From Takakia lepidozioides (Eukaryota > Plantae > Bryophyta), in NCBI GenBank assembly GCA_030704615.1, contig CM060732.1:16430001-16494000 (forward strand): a DNA stretch of 64,000 nt, in the 5' to 3' direction. Below the pieces are notes generated by a model. That model made no database searches, was not told where the DNA came from, and saw nothing but the letters and a program-made list of their open reading frames with translations. Positions 1 through 10,689 of the stretch are shown here, piece after piece (positions within the stretch are counted from its first letter, which is position 1; each line of letters starts with the position of its first letter). The position numbers were made by a program, and so were the translations under genes.

Positions 1-1294
1 ACTGACCGTGACATCCATGTTGCTCCATCCTCGCCAGATTTTTTACTGCTTTGCTGAAGTGTTTCCTGAAGATGAGTGCCCTTGCCTTCCAGCTTCTCAT
101 CCTTCCTTGTTTTCCCTTGCTGAAGCTTCCTCCCTTTTTGCTGAGAGTAGTCATTGTTTTTTATGGTCTCGTCTTGTGGTTTTGCCAAACTCTCCTCTCT
201 TTTCTTACTGTGATTTTCAAGGCTTACCCCATCATGTTTATTACCTAGCTCTCTTTTCTCTCGGCCTGCAGGTATGTCACTAGTTCTGCATGATCTCTCA
301 CACTTTTGTTGTCCAATCAGATTATTCTCTCTTTCCCTTTTTTCATAGTGATCTGGTGTCCTTTTTCTACAGATCAAAACTCTCAAGGTCTTTCTCTCCA
401 TGATCATCTCTCAGCTGGCCTTTCTCTTGTTCTATGAGTAACTGACTTGATCTGCCCTTTTCTTCACATTTTTGCTGTTCAAAAAAATTCACTTTGAATT
501 GCTCTCTTCCTCTCATCTCAAGTTGACATGCTGGTTTTTCCTCACAGATTGAACTCTCAAAACAGCTCCTTTGTGGCAGATTCAGACTGCACTGGATTTT
601 CTCTAATGTTGGCTTCAAGTTTGCTGGTTTCACACCTTTCTCAGTAAAATTCTCCCTTTGTTTTGATGCCTGTGCAGGCCCATTCTCCATGGTTGCCAAC
701 TGCTGGTGATGCTCCCCATCCTCTTGCTGTGAATCATTGCCTCTCTTGGCACAACTTTCTCTCAACATCGTCTGTCTTTTTGCTTGCTCCCCTTTTCCCT
801 CACTGTTATCAGTTGACTGTGCCTCACAGGTGTGTTCCATGGAAAGTCTTCAGACGAAAGCCCATAACCCCTCTGTCTCTCAGAGGTAATTCTGCCCTTT
901 CTTCCCACATGCTGTCAGTATTGGTAGTGAGGTAGTTAACTCCCGGTAGCAATTCAAACCTAAATTGTTTTACTTTCTTTTTTATCTCCTTTTGCTGTTC
1001 AGTACCCTCTCTGTTGGACTGACTACAACTTTCTTCACTCGCAGTTTGCTGCTGTTCAGGAGCTGCTTGGTGACTCACCACAGTAAAGATAAATCCATCA
1101 GTCAAGTCTGTCCCTCTGACTTTTCCTGCTTCCTTCCATTTGAGAGGTTGTAGGTCAGTTTTTACCACAAAAGGTAAGTAGTCTTTGAATTGCCAAATGG
1201 CCCAGGCCAACAAGTAGTAGTGAATTTCATCTATTTCATGAGTCTTCACTTTTTTCAACCTTCGTTGTCTCACTCCTAACACTGTGCTATCAGT

Positions 1295-1950
1295 CTAATG
1301 TAGGTCTGTCAAGATGGCATGTGCAACATCTTCCTCAAGAGACAACTCCAATAAAAGCTGAGTGGCACTCTCTTCCTTTCCTTGCCTTGTGATTTCTGTG
1401 CTCAGTATCTCAGGGTCTCTTCTGTCTGGTTCAGTCTCTACTGGAAACCTACTTAAAGCATCAACATTCCCATGCTTCATCCCTGGTCTGTGTTGTATCT
1501 TGAAATCAAAATCCTGTAGCATCATGATCCACCTACCTCTTCTTCCATAGGCGTCGCTAACTGTAGCCAGCCATTCCAATGGCTTATGATCTGTTCAAAC
1601 AAAAAATGATGTGCCATAAAGATATTGGCGAAAGTGTAGGATTCCCCAAACGAGAGCGTAACATTCTCCCTCCATAGGGTGATAGTTCCTCTGTGCTTCG
1701 GACAATGCCTTACTAGCATAAGCAATTACGTGTTCTCTTCGTCCTTCTTTTTGTGATAAAACAGCACCTATCCCTTTCTTTGACCAATCAACATCAAGAA
1801 TGAAAGCTTTAAGGAAATCAGGTCGTACCAGGATAGGAGCCTCGATCAGCTTAAGTCGCAATGCCTCGAACGCATTTTGAGCTTGGTGAGTCCACACAAA
1901 CGTTTGCTCCTTCTTAGTGAGGTCAAAAAGTGGGCTTGCAGCTTGGGCAT
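1295..1950 (-). pseudogene. Ty3 pol RT-thumb/RNase H segment (frameshifted)
   Basis: ORFs 1595-1897 (AFEALRLKLIEAPILVRPDF, DVDWS, YASKAL, EGECYALVWG) and 1295-1579 (RWIMMLQDFDFKIQHRPG, NVDALSR). Confidence 0.9.
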
Positions 1951-1955
1951 ACTCC

Positions 1956-2324
1956 TGTTGGAAATCAACTCCTAACCAAGTTACTACTACCTAGAGTTAC
2001 TGTGATGACAAGTCAGGCTTCCATAATAGGAGTTCTGGCAAGTCACAGTTAACAATAGAGATAAGCCTCGGTTAACTAAAAGATAGCTAAAGTTAGCTTC
2101 AGTTATTAGTGACTCAAGTCATTGTACCAGAATAGCAGGTGGAGATAACTTAAGTAAAAGCATGGAGTTATGCTATAGTTATCTCAGCTATTTCTGGATT
2201 AGACTTTGAGTATAAATAGGGAGAGCTCGGAGGGTGGACACAGCTTGTTGTGGTCCCATGGTTGGGTGGAGAGTTCTCAGTAATCAGTTCATCTTTTATC
2301 TCTATTCTCTGTCGAATTCCAACA
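1956..2324 (+). repeat. copia 5' LTR (369 bp; TATAAATA at 2211)
   Basis: No differences seen by eye versus 4870-5203 over the first 334 nt; directly followed by the PBS. Confidence 0.95.
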
Positions 2325-2338
2325 TGGTATCAGAGCCA
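2325..2338 (+). promoter_or_regulatory. Primer binding site (initiator tRNA-Met)
   Basis: TGGTATCAGAGCCA immediately after the LTR end. Confidence 0.95.
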
Positions 2339-2385
2339 TTCTTCTCTAGGTGAGGGTTGGTAGTTGAGATTGAGAGAACTTGATT

Positions 2386-3392
2386 ATGGCTGAAGCGTCG
2401 TCTTCTAGCAATCCTCCTTCTATGTCTATGACGAGTGCGTTAGATGTGAGAGTGGAAGATCGATTCAATGGAGCTAACTATCAAACTTGGAAGTTTAGGA
2501 TGGAGATGGTTCTTCTAGACAAAGATCTATGGGGAGTGGTTGATGGATCAGTCCCAAGACCTGACACTATTGTTAGCCAAGCCATATGGGATAGGAAAGA
2601 TCAGAAAGTAAGAGCTAGCATCATCACAAGCTTGAGAGACAAACAGTTGCATCTCATTATAAGCTAAGAATGCTAAGGATTTGGGACAAGCTAGCAAGCA
2701 TATATGAGACGAAGGATGTCACATCGCAAGTGTATGCGACGCAAAAGTTCTATGGTCTGAAGATGACCGAGTCAGACTCAGTTGAACAACACTTGAATTT
2801 GTTTTGTGTGTTGCGAGATCAACTAGTCTCTGTGGGAACTAATGTGACTGATGAACACGCCGCAGTGGTGTTATTGGCAACCTTACCTGAATCCTATGAT
2901 GGTTTTGTGGTGTCTCTAGCAGGACAAACCAACTTAACTATTGATGTTGTCATAGGACTTCTCCTCAAGGAGGAAACAAGAAGAAAAGGTCAAGGTACGT
3001 CTACAAAGGTAGACAGAGCTTTGTTCACAGGCAAGACTGGAGTAGTCTTGAATAGAAGACTCCCTTCACATATGTCTCAGAAGTCCCAGAGGTTTCAGAA
3101 ACCTCAATCTAGCTCAAAGATCAAAAAGACCAAAGTAAGGTGCTTTTATTGCAAGAAACTTGGTCACATGATCAAGGATTGTAGAAAGCGCATTGCGGAC
3201 GAGCGCAGCAGAGAGAGTCAAGAAAACATAACTACTCATCAGAGGAATGCTATTCTATTTGTTGTGTCTCTCTCAGCCACTACTAGACAGAAGCATGTGT
3301 GGTATGTTGATTCAGGAGCATCTCAACATATGAGTTCAGAGAGAGAGCATTTCTTATCCTATAGATCTCTTTCACCTACTGAGACGCACTAG
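2386..3392 (+). pseudogene. copia gag + protease, broken at ~2665
   Basis: FNGANYQTWKFRME, LLATLPESYDGFV, zinc knuckle CFYCKKLGHMIKDC, protease WYVDSGASQHMS. Confidence 0.93.
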
Positions 3393-3489
3393 AGTCTACA
3401 TACCATGTATCTTTGGAAATGGTGCCGATAGACACAATATGTTCTTTTGGGAGATGATAGCAAGCATGTCATTGGTAGGGAAGGAAATG

Positions 3490-4850
3490 ATGGTTTGTAA
3501 GCTTCTCAAGTCTTTGTATGGTTTGAAGCAATCCCCTAGGGCATGGAATGCTAAGATTGATGCATATTTCATGGCTGAAGAGTTTGAGAGGAGCTCTGCT
3601 AATTATAGTGTTTACTATAAGAGGGCTTATGGAAACTCTTCTGTGATCATAACATTGTATGTTGATGATCTGATCTTGGTCTCTAATGATTTGACTCTGT
3701 TGAAACACATACAGAGTGTCAATATCTCAAATGAGATTGAGATAGTGGTTATGTGATCATAACAAATTGACTTTGTTGAAACAAAGGCAAAGTGATATCT
3801 CAAAGAGGTTTGAGATGATGGATCTTAAAGAGATCATGTGATCATGTGTTGATCAGGCTTTGTTGAAAAAAAAAAAAAAAAAAACAAAGCGATATATCAA
3901 TGAAGTTTGAGATGGTGGATCTGAAAGAGATCCAGTACTGCTTGGGGGTATCGGTAACTCGTGTTCGACAAGACCGAGCAATTTACCTAAACCAGCGTAA
4001 GTATCTTGAAGATATCTTAAGGCGCTTTGGTATGGCTGAAATTATGCCGGTAAATACCCCATTTGTCCCAAATTGCAAACTCTCAAAGGAGATGAGTCCT
4101 AAGAGTGCTGCAGACTTGGAGACAATGAGAGATGTTCCCTATCAGAGTGTTGTGGGAAGTCTCATGTATGCAATGGTCTGTACTAGGCCAGATATTGCAC
4201 AAGCAGTGGGGGTTGTAAGCCAATTTGTGGCTAACCCTGGGCAAATCCATTGGGTTGCAGTAAAGCGGATTTTCCGTTATCTAAGAGGCACACTGGACTA
4301 TGGTTTGTGCTTGAGAAAGAACAATGATAATGTTCAGTTGGATCATGTGGGTTCATATGGTATCTCAGATAGTGCTTGCAAAAGCACAAAGCTATACGAC
4401 TATTGCGATGCAGATTGGGCTGGTAATGTTGATGACCGCCACTCTACATCTGGTTATGTTTTTATGCTAGCAAATGGAGCAGCAAGAAGCAATCTACAAT
4501 TGTTATGTCCTCGACTGAGGCAGAATATATGGCTGCATCTCAAGCTACAAGGCAAGCATTATTGTTATCATCATTTCTATCTAGTATTGGTCATCCACAG
4601 AGGGATACCATGGTCATATATGATGACATCCAAGGGTGTATTGCTCTCTCAAAGAATCCAATGTTTCATGCTCGCACAAAGCATATTGAGATTCATCATC
4701 ATTTGGTACGATAGAAGACTGAAGCTAGAGTTGTCAAGCTTGTATATTGCAACACCAACAACATGGTTGCAGCATACTGACAAAAAGGCTTAGTGCTGAA
4801 AAGCTTGAACGCTTTCGAGGCTTGATGGGAGTAGTTAAGTGCTTAACTTG
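3490..4850 (+). pseudogene. copia RT (C-terminal half) and RNase H remnants
   Basis: VCKLLKSLYGLKQSPRAWN, YVDDL, YQSVVGSLMY, TRPDI, YCDADWAG, SSTEAEY, HARTKHIEI. Confidence 0.93.
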
Positions 4851-4869
4851 GTAACTCGTTGAGTGGGGG

Positions 4870-5245
4870 TGTTGGAAATCAACTCCTAACCAAGTTACTA
4901 CTACCTAGAGTTACTGTGATGACAAGTCAGGCTTCCATAATAGGAGTTCTGGCAAGTCACAGTTAACAATAGAGATAAGCCTCGGTTAACTAAAAGATAG
5001 CTAAAGTTAGCTTCAGTTATTAGTGACTCAAGTCATTGTACCAGAATAGCAGGTGGAGATAACTTAAGTAAAAGCATGGAGTTATGCTATAGTTATCTCA
5101 GCTATTTCTGGATTAGACTTTGAGTATAAATAGGGAGAGCTCGGAGGGTGGACACAGCTTGTTGTGGTCCCATGGTTGGGTGGAGAGTTCTCAGTAATCA
5201 GTTTAAGCTTTAGTCTAAGACTTTAGTTCTTGCTCAATTCTAACA
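4870..5245 (+). repeat. copia 3' LTR (376 bp), preceded by PPT GAGTGGGGG (4861-4869)
   Basis: Matches the 5' LTR; ends TAACA, followed by TSD ACTCC. Confidence 0.95.
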
Positions 5246-5250
5246 ACTCC

Positions 5251-6542
5251 TTCATGTAGCACCTGTAGTAGTTGGTGACCCCCAAGTAGCTTTTTACAAC
5301 GGTTACATTCTTTGGTATGGGAAACTTCTATATTGCAATCACCTTTCTTGGATCTGGTTTGATCCCTTCCTTGGTAACCACATGACGTAGGAATACAAGT
5401 TCTTGGTTTCCAAATTCGCACTTGGCTGGATTTAACTTGAGATTGTACTCCTGCATTTTCTTCAAAACACCCATGACATGTTTCAGACGACTATCCCACT
5501 TTGGACTATGAATGTTGATGTCATCAACAAAAACTTTCACATGGTCCTTAATCTCCTGAGCCAATATCTTGTTCACAGTTCTATGGAAGGTAGCAGTTGC
5601 GTTTTTCAGACCGAATGGCATGACTGTCCATTCAAAAAGGCCTCTCCGTGTAATGACTGCAGTCTTCTTGATATCTTCTTCACGCATTTTGATTTGCCAA
5701 AAACCACTTTGAAGATCCAAAGCTGAGAACCACTGGGATTTCCCCAATTGTCGTAGTACATCTTGAATGATGGGCATAGGGTAGGAGTCCCTTCTTGTTT
5801 GCTGATTGAGGGGTCTGAAATCCCCACAAAAGCGTTTGCTGCCGTCTTTCTTTGGTGGTAAAGTTACTGAACATGAGTATTCCGAAGAGCTTTCTTGCAT
5901 CTTTCCTTGCTGAATCAGCAGCTCAATTTGTCGTTGTACTTCATCCTCTTCCCATTCAGACAATCGCTTAGGCTGATTCCTGCAGGGTGGAAATCCTTGG
6001 GTGTCTATAGCATGTTTAGCTGCTGTACAAAATCCCAGATCTGCTTTGTTCAAGGCGAAAGCCATTTGATTTGCTTCGATTATCTCCAGAAGCTGTTGTC
6101 GTTGTTCTCTCGTGAGCCCAGGGTTGATCTGTAAACGCCTTTTGATCTGTTCCCAATGTTCTTCCTGCGCTGTCTTTATTGGTTCAGATGTAGACTCCTC
6201 CTTAATTCCTTGCTGTGCCATGAAGACCCTTTGTGTTTCAACCTCTTGCTGTTGGACTGTCTTCTCCCAATCCATAAAATCATCATCCTCATCTGGTTCA
6301 TCCATTGGCTCATTCTCATATGCTTGAGAGCATGCATCCCTAACCAGAATTTGTGCCAAGGCATCATATGCCTCCTTCTCTATAAGTGCCATGGATCCAT
6401 CATCAGCCAGCACTTCCTCTCCAGAGTTCAGCTTGTCAATAAATTCCTCAATGTTGGACAGCCCCATGTGACTTTCCTGATGCTCTTGATCATATTCTTC
6501 CTCTGAATTTTCTTCAGAATCTCTTCTGATGGACTGCCCCAT
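5251..6542 (-). pseudogene. Ty3 reverse transcriptase
   Basis: PPKKDGSKRFCGDFRPLN, DSYPMP, LDLQSGFWQI, MPFGLKNATATF, FVDDI, LKLNPAKC, GIKPDPRKV; frameshift near 5330. Confidence 0.95.
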
Positions 6543-6735
6543 TCCTCATCTTGTGGTATGACTGTTGTCATTGCTTCCATGTCTACTATTTCATGGACAT
6601 TCACTGAATTGACCTGTGTTTCTCCTTGATCCTCTTCAGGTTCAACAATCAGATGCTCACAGAACTCCTGAAAATGCTCGACTTGGTTGATGGTGTGCAG
6701 TGGAAAGAATTCCACATCCTCCCCAGGCCCATACC

Positions 6736-7536
6736 TTACCCATACCTTACTCGTAGAGTTTCAGTCTCAGTATCGATGGCAGCTCCAAATTTCTTTAGGA
6801 AATCAAGACCCAATAGCATGTTATAAGTATCTGTATTGACAACCATGAAGGATACTCTGTTTGTCAACTTACCCACTGTAACGCTTATGTCATCGAGTCT
6901 TCCCATTGCAGTCTCCACTGCTCCTGATGCCACTCTATAAGACATTTCTTTATCAGCCACTACTGATTTCATCAGACCGAGATCCCTCACTGTAGTTGCT
7001 GCTATGACTGAGATCATAGCTCCAGTGTCAACCTGTCCCATGATCTGAAAATCACCGATTGTGACCAACGCATGTAATGCACGAACTCTGCCATTGTAGG
7101 CATATGCTATGTTTGGGGCTTTCAAAATGTCCTGCACTGTCTGTGCTGTCCGAGTTCCTCCTGTGGAAGAGTCACTGGACATTGACCTTTCCCCCACTTT
7201 AACTAGACCTTTGAGTTTCTCAAATTCTCCAGGCACTTGCAAAATTAAATCCATGGGCGACATTGAAATCCTACCTTCGTAAAAATGATTAAGGATCTTG
7301 GATCTGCCTCCTCCTGTTTCTGGCCACTTTGATTTGTTCACTCGAGGTTGCAAGATACTTTTTGGTGTTACATTTGGTCCATCAGATGCCTCTCCTGAAA
7401 TTGACCGCTCCATCCCTGGTGCACTCATTGGTGTTGGTATTGGCACCCTGTTTTTTGGCATCCTTACTTCATTAATCGCATGATGATCGAATATCTCATT
7501 GAGTTCTGCCAAGACAGCTTTTTCGTCACTGTACAT
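6736..7536 (-). pseudogene. Ty3 aspartic protease region
   Basis: QVDTGAMISVI and YNMLLGLDFL retropepsin motifs. Confidence 0.9.
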
Positions 7537-7559
7537 CAGTTGGAGTAGATTCGTGGTAG

Positions 7560-8420
7560 GTAGTCCTCCCTTTCCTGGTTCCTGCTTTGCCTAACATTCA
7601 TGTTCAAAGTGCCCCAATGTCTTACAGTTCGAACATCTTACCCCATATACTTCTGTCCTATGACCCATTCTGTGGCATTTTCCACATGTAATAGGTGTTC
7701 TATTTGTTGGACAAAAGTTTGAAGTGTGTCCTGATGACATGTGTTGCAGACTCTTTGCCCATGTGGCGAGGTTCTGCTTCCTGAACTCTCAGGGATTCCA
7801 GCTCCTTTCTCGAAATATTTCTTCAAAGTGACATTTAGTGCATCTAGTCGTCTATCCATCGGTGTTTCTCCCAACGTGTGATCTTCATAAGAGTCATCTT
7901 CATGTAATGGCTCCAAAGGTGTCTCACCTATGCTCCCCAATCCTCGTTCCACTTGCAGTGCCGTTTCCACAGCATCATCTATGTTAACAAATCTTGTCCC
8001 CAGCATTAAGCGCATGATTTCTGGGCCTAGCCCATTGAGAAATCTTCTCCTTTTCTCCAGATCTGTTATCTGACCCTTTGTGAATAACTTTGACAGCCGA
8101 TCGTAGTAGGTCTGTACGCGCTGCCTGCTTTATTGCTTTATGGAGTCAAGCTTCATCTTGAGCTCCGTGGGATCCACCTGTCCATACTTCGCCAATACCA
8201 ACTCTTGAAATTCTTCCCAGTTAGTAGGCTTGGGATTTTGGCGTTTGTACCACTCATCTGCCCTTCTTTGCAAATTAAGCCTAGCTACTTTGAATAGCTT
8301 GTCCTCTGTTAGATCTCTCACATCTCCTACTAGTTGCAACTTTTCTAACCAGTCAGCAACATCTTCCACCTCTTTACCATAAAAGGGTGCATCTATTCCT
8401 GATGGGCTCGTCATTTCCAA
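7560..8420 (-). pseudogene. Ty3 gag (retrotransposon-gag capsid plus zinc knuckles)
   Basis: FYGKEVEDVADWLEK, LQRRADEWY, TNWEEFQELVLAKYG, then FLNGL; CxxC knuckle remnants near 7600-7750. Confidence 0.85.
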
Positions 8421-8754
8421 CCTATGAACATTACGTGCTTTGGAAACTATTCGTGGCGGTTCTCACCGATTGTCCATCTCTCTCCATCATGAACCTCTTC
8501 TCTACCATTGAGTGTAAACCTACGTGATATAGTTCCTGCTCGAAACCACCGATCAGCTCTTCTCACCCACAAGATAATAGTCATTCGTTTACCTACGTGT
8601 GTCACCCTTACACACATATCACCGTTGTTGACAGGGTGTGTGACCTGATAGAACCTCGGCTGTGGATTGCTAAATGGTACAATACGATAGTCAAATGTGA
8701 TCAGTACATCTCCTATTGTTGGATTAGTGGTGAGAGCACTAGGCTCGACATGGT

Positions 8755-9400
8755 TCAGTATCTTCTGATCCTACGTTCTACGTTACGAGGATAATCCAAA
8801 TGCTCTCTGTGAACACATCTCCAACTCCTATTTCTTGCTCTATCCTCTCTCAACTCCCAAATTATCATTCTACTAAGGGCACCATGATGTTCTACCCTGA
8901 TCAATCTATCTTTAACTTGAAAATCCACGATTTGGCCAGAAATCCAAAAACTAAAGACTAACCTTCCACTATCCACTCCTTGAAGAAACACATCACCAGC
9001 CCTGGGAAGTTGGTGCAGGTCAGCTAGTTCAGGATCTATATCATCTAGCATCATGTTATACTCTTCTGACATTGTGAACAGCTTCTCGTACCTTTTGACA
9101 TCCTTTGGTGATTCTGATAATCATGTCACTCTGTCCGTGATGTGATTGCACTTATGTGACTCGTACCATATGTATCTACTGCAGCCCACGTTACTCCATC
9201 TTGACTGAGCATCCACATTTTTCCCCATGTATAATCACCTGTGTGCACTATACGCACGGCCAAGTCTCCTGGCAGATGGTAGTTTGGATCCTGCGGGTCA
9301 AATCCTAGTAGTTCTATATTAGCAAATCCAACAATCCTGATTACAAGATCACCCATTTGAGGTGATGCACTCAGATAGTTTTCTCTGGCATTCCATCTTG
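8755..9400 (-). other. Possible extra ORF between PBS and gag (two frames, unknown product)
   Basis: Protein-like ORFs 9126-9614 and 8755-9072 are co-oriented with gag-pol and lie downstream of the PBS; no family recognised. Confidence 0.45.
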
Positions 9401-9462
9401 TTGAACTCGAAATTTGCTGATGAGAAGCCAGCCTGTTTGCTTTGTTGGTCCGTGAACGACCA

Positions 9463-9474
9463 GCTCTGATACCA
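9463..9474 (-). promoter_or_regulatory. PBS (tRNA-iMet) of Ty3 element 1
   Basis: GCTCTGATACCA, reverse complement TGGTATCAGAGC. Confidence 0.85.
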
Positions 9475-10689
9475 AAAAGAGGGGACCTACCCAGATCAAC
9501 TTGATCAACCGTTAGTACCCTGTCTATCCTAGGCTGCAGCGGAAGAAAAAATCCAAGAATAGACAGTAGAATTTGTGAGTGAATCTTATTGTATTCCAGG
9601 TTGATTCTGCCCAAGCACAGTAGGAAATATCATCGCTTCGGAGTTCATATGTTGTCTCGTTCCTGCACTTCAATATCATGGCATTCCATTTGTTGAAGAA
9701 CGTTCAATGAGTGTCACTTAGTTAGTCTTGACCTGAAGAGATCAAGTTATCATCTATTGATGCTTTGGTCAGGACTAATGTATTTCTCAATACATGACAG
9801 GCAAGGGAGTTATCTCTGGAACGATTCAGCTCTACTAATTGTATGAGGTAAGTAAACTACTTTACTTGCTTCTTGGATCATAATTTCCTCCACTAGGCAG
9901 TGGTATAGTATATAATCTACTGGGCTTAATATCAGTAACAAGTTAGTCCATCAGGGATCAAATCAGATTACTCTATGTGATCTCTATGCCTCTATAGTAA
10001 ATCAGTTGATATAATACTAGTCTAGCTAATTGTTAAATCCATTTATCTATGCTGGAAACCACTGCATATGATCTGATGGTGTTACATATTCTAAGTACAA
10101 ACAGCCCTCATCCTTAGTGTTAGTGAAGAAATAGATCTTAATTCTATGATCAATCTAGTACATAGTGAAAGAAATAAGTAACAAAACTTTCTCCCGTGAT
10201 CATGAGACTCAAATGCATAAATCGAAATCAGCACTATATATTTCAGCCGAACAGTCCTGATACACCAGCCTACTCGCTGGTTATGAAAACAACAAGGCAC
10301 ACTACATGTTTATACTTTCCTCTATTCTCAATCCACTCCAAGTATGATATGTAAAACTGGTGTTATCTTCTTCCTAGAGCTCTCATTTATTTATACGTGC
10401 TCACTCTCCTTCTTCACCACACAACACCACTGACTGCCCACATGGGCTCATAACAGAGAATTTAAATCAGATTCTTCATCGTGGAATGTCACGACAAGGC
10501 CGGGTATTATCCCCCTTTGCCTTATCCCCACCTAAACGTACAATTGAGGCTACATTAATTTCATCCTCATCTCCTCGATCTTAGTTTGGTCTCAGACCAT
10601 CCCTTTGCCCATACGTTGCGCCGATCATAACTTAATTCGCCATTTTTAGGATTCAAATAGTCAACCTGCCAATTTTCATCCCCTACTTC

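Larger units (their letters stand above)
1956..5245 (+). mobile_element. Ty1/copia LTR retrotransposon, internally deleted (non-autonomous), 3290 bp
   Basis: TGTTG...AACA LTRs at 1956-2324 and 4870-5245; TSD ACTCC at 1951-1955 and 5246-5250; tRNA-iMet PBS; PPT; copia gag, protease, RT and RNase H motifs. Confidence 0.97.
1..10496 (-). mobile_element. Ty3/gypsy LTR retrotransposon 1, degenerate; runs off the left edge; interrupted by the copia element at 1956-5245
   Basis: Minus-strand order: PBS (9463-9474), gag, protease (QVDTGA), RT (RFCGDFRPLN, LDLQSGFWQI, MPFGLKNA, FVDDI), RNase H (LDVDWS, IAYASKAL). Putative 5' LTR ~9475-10496 begins TGTCGTGAC with a TATAAATA ~100 nt in. The right boundary is tentative. 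Confidence 0.85.

Noticed and set aside
9463-9480. Endogenous caulimovirid (tRNA-Met PBS without a canonical LTR CA end)
   Set aside because: The downstream gag, protease, RT and RNase H are Ty3-type; no movement or coat protein was recognised.
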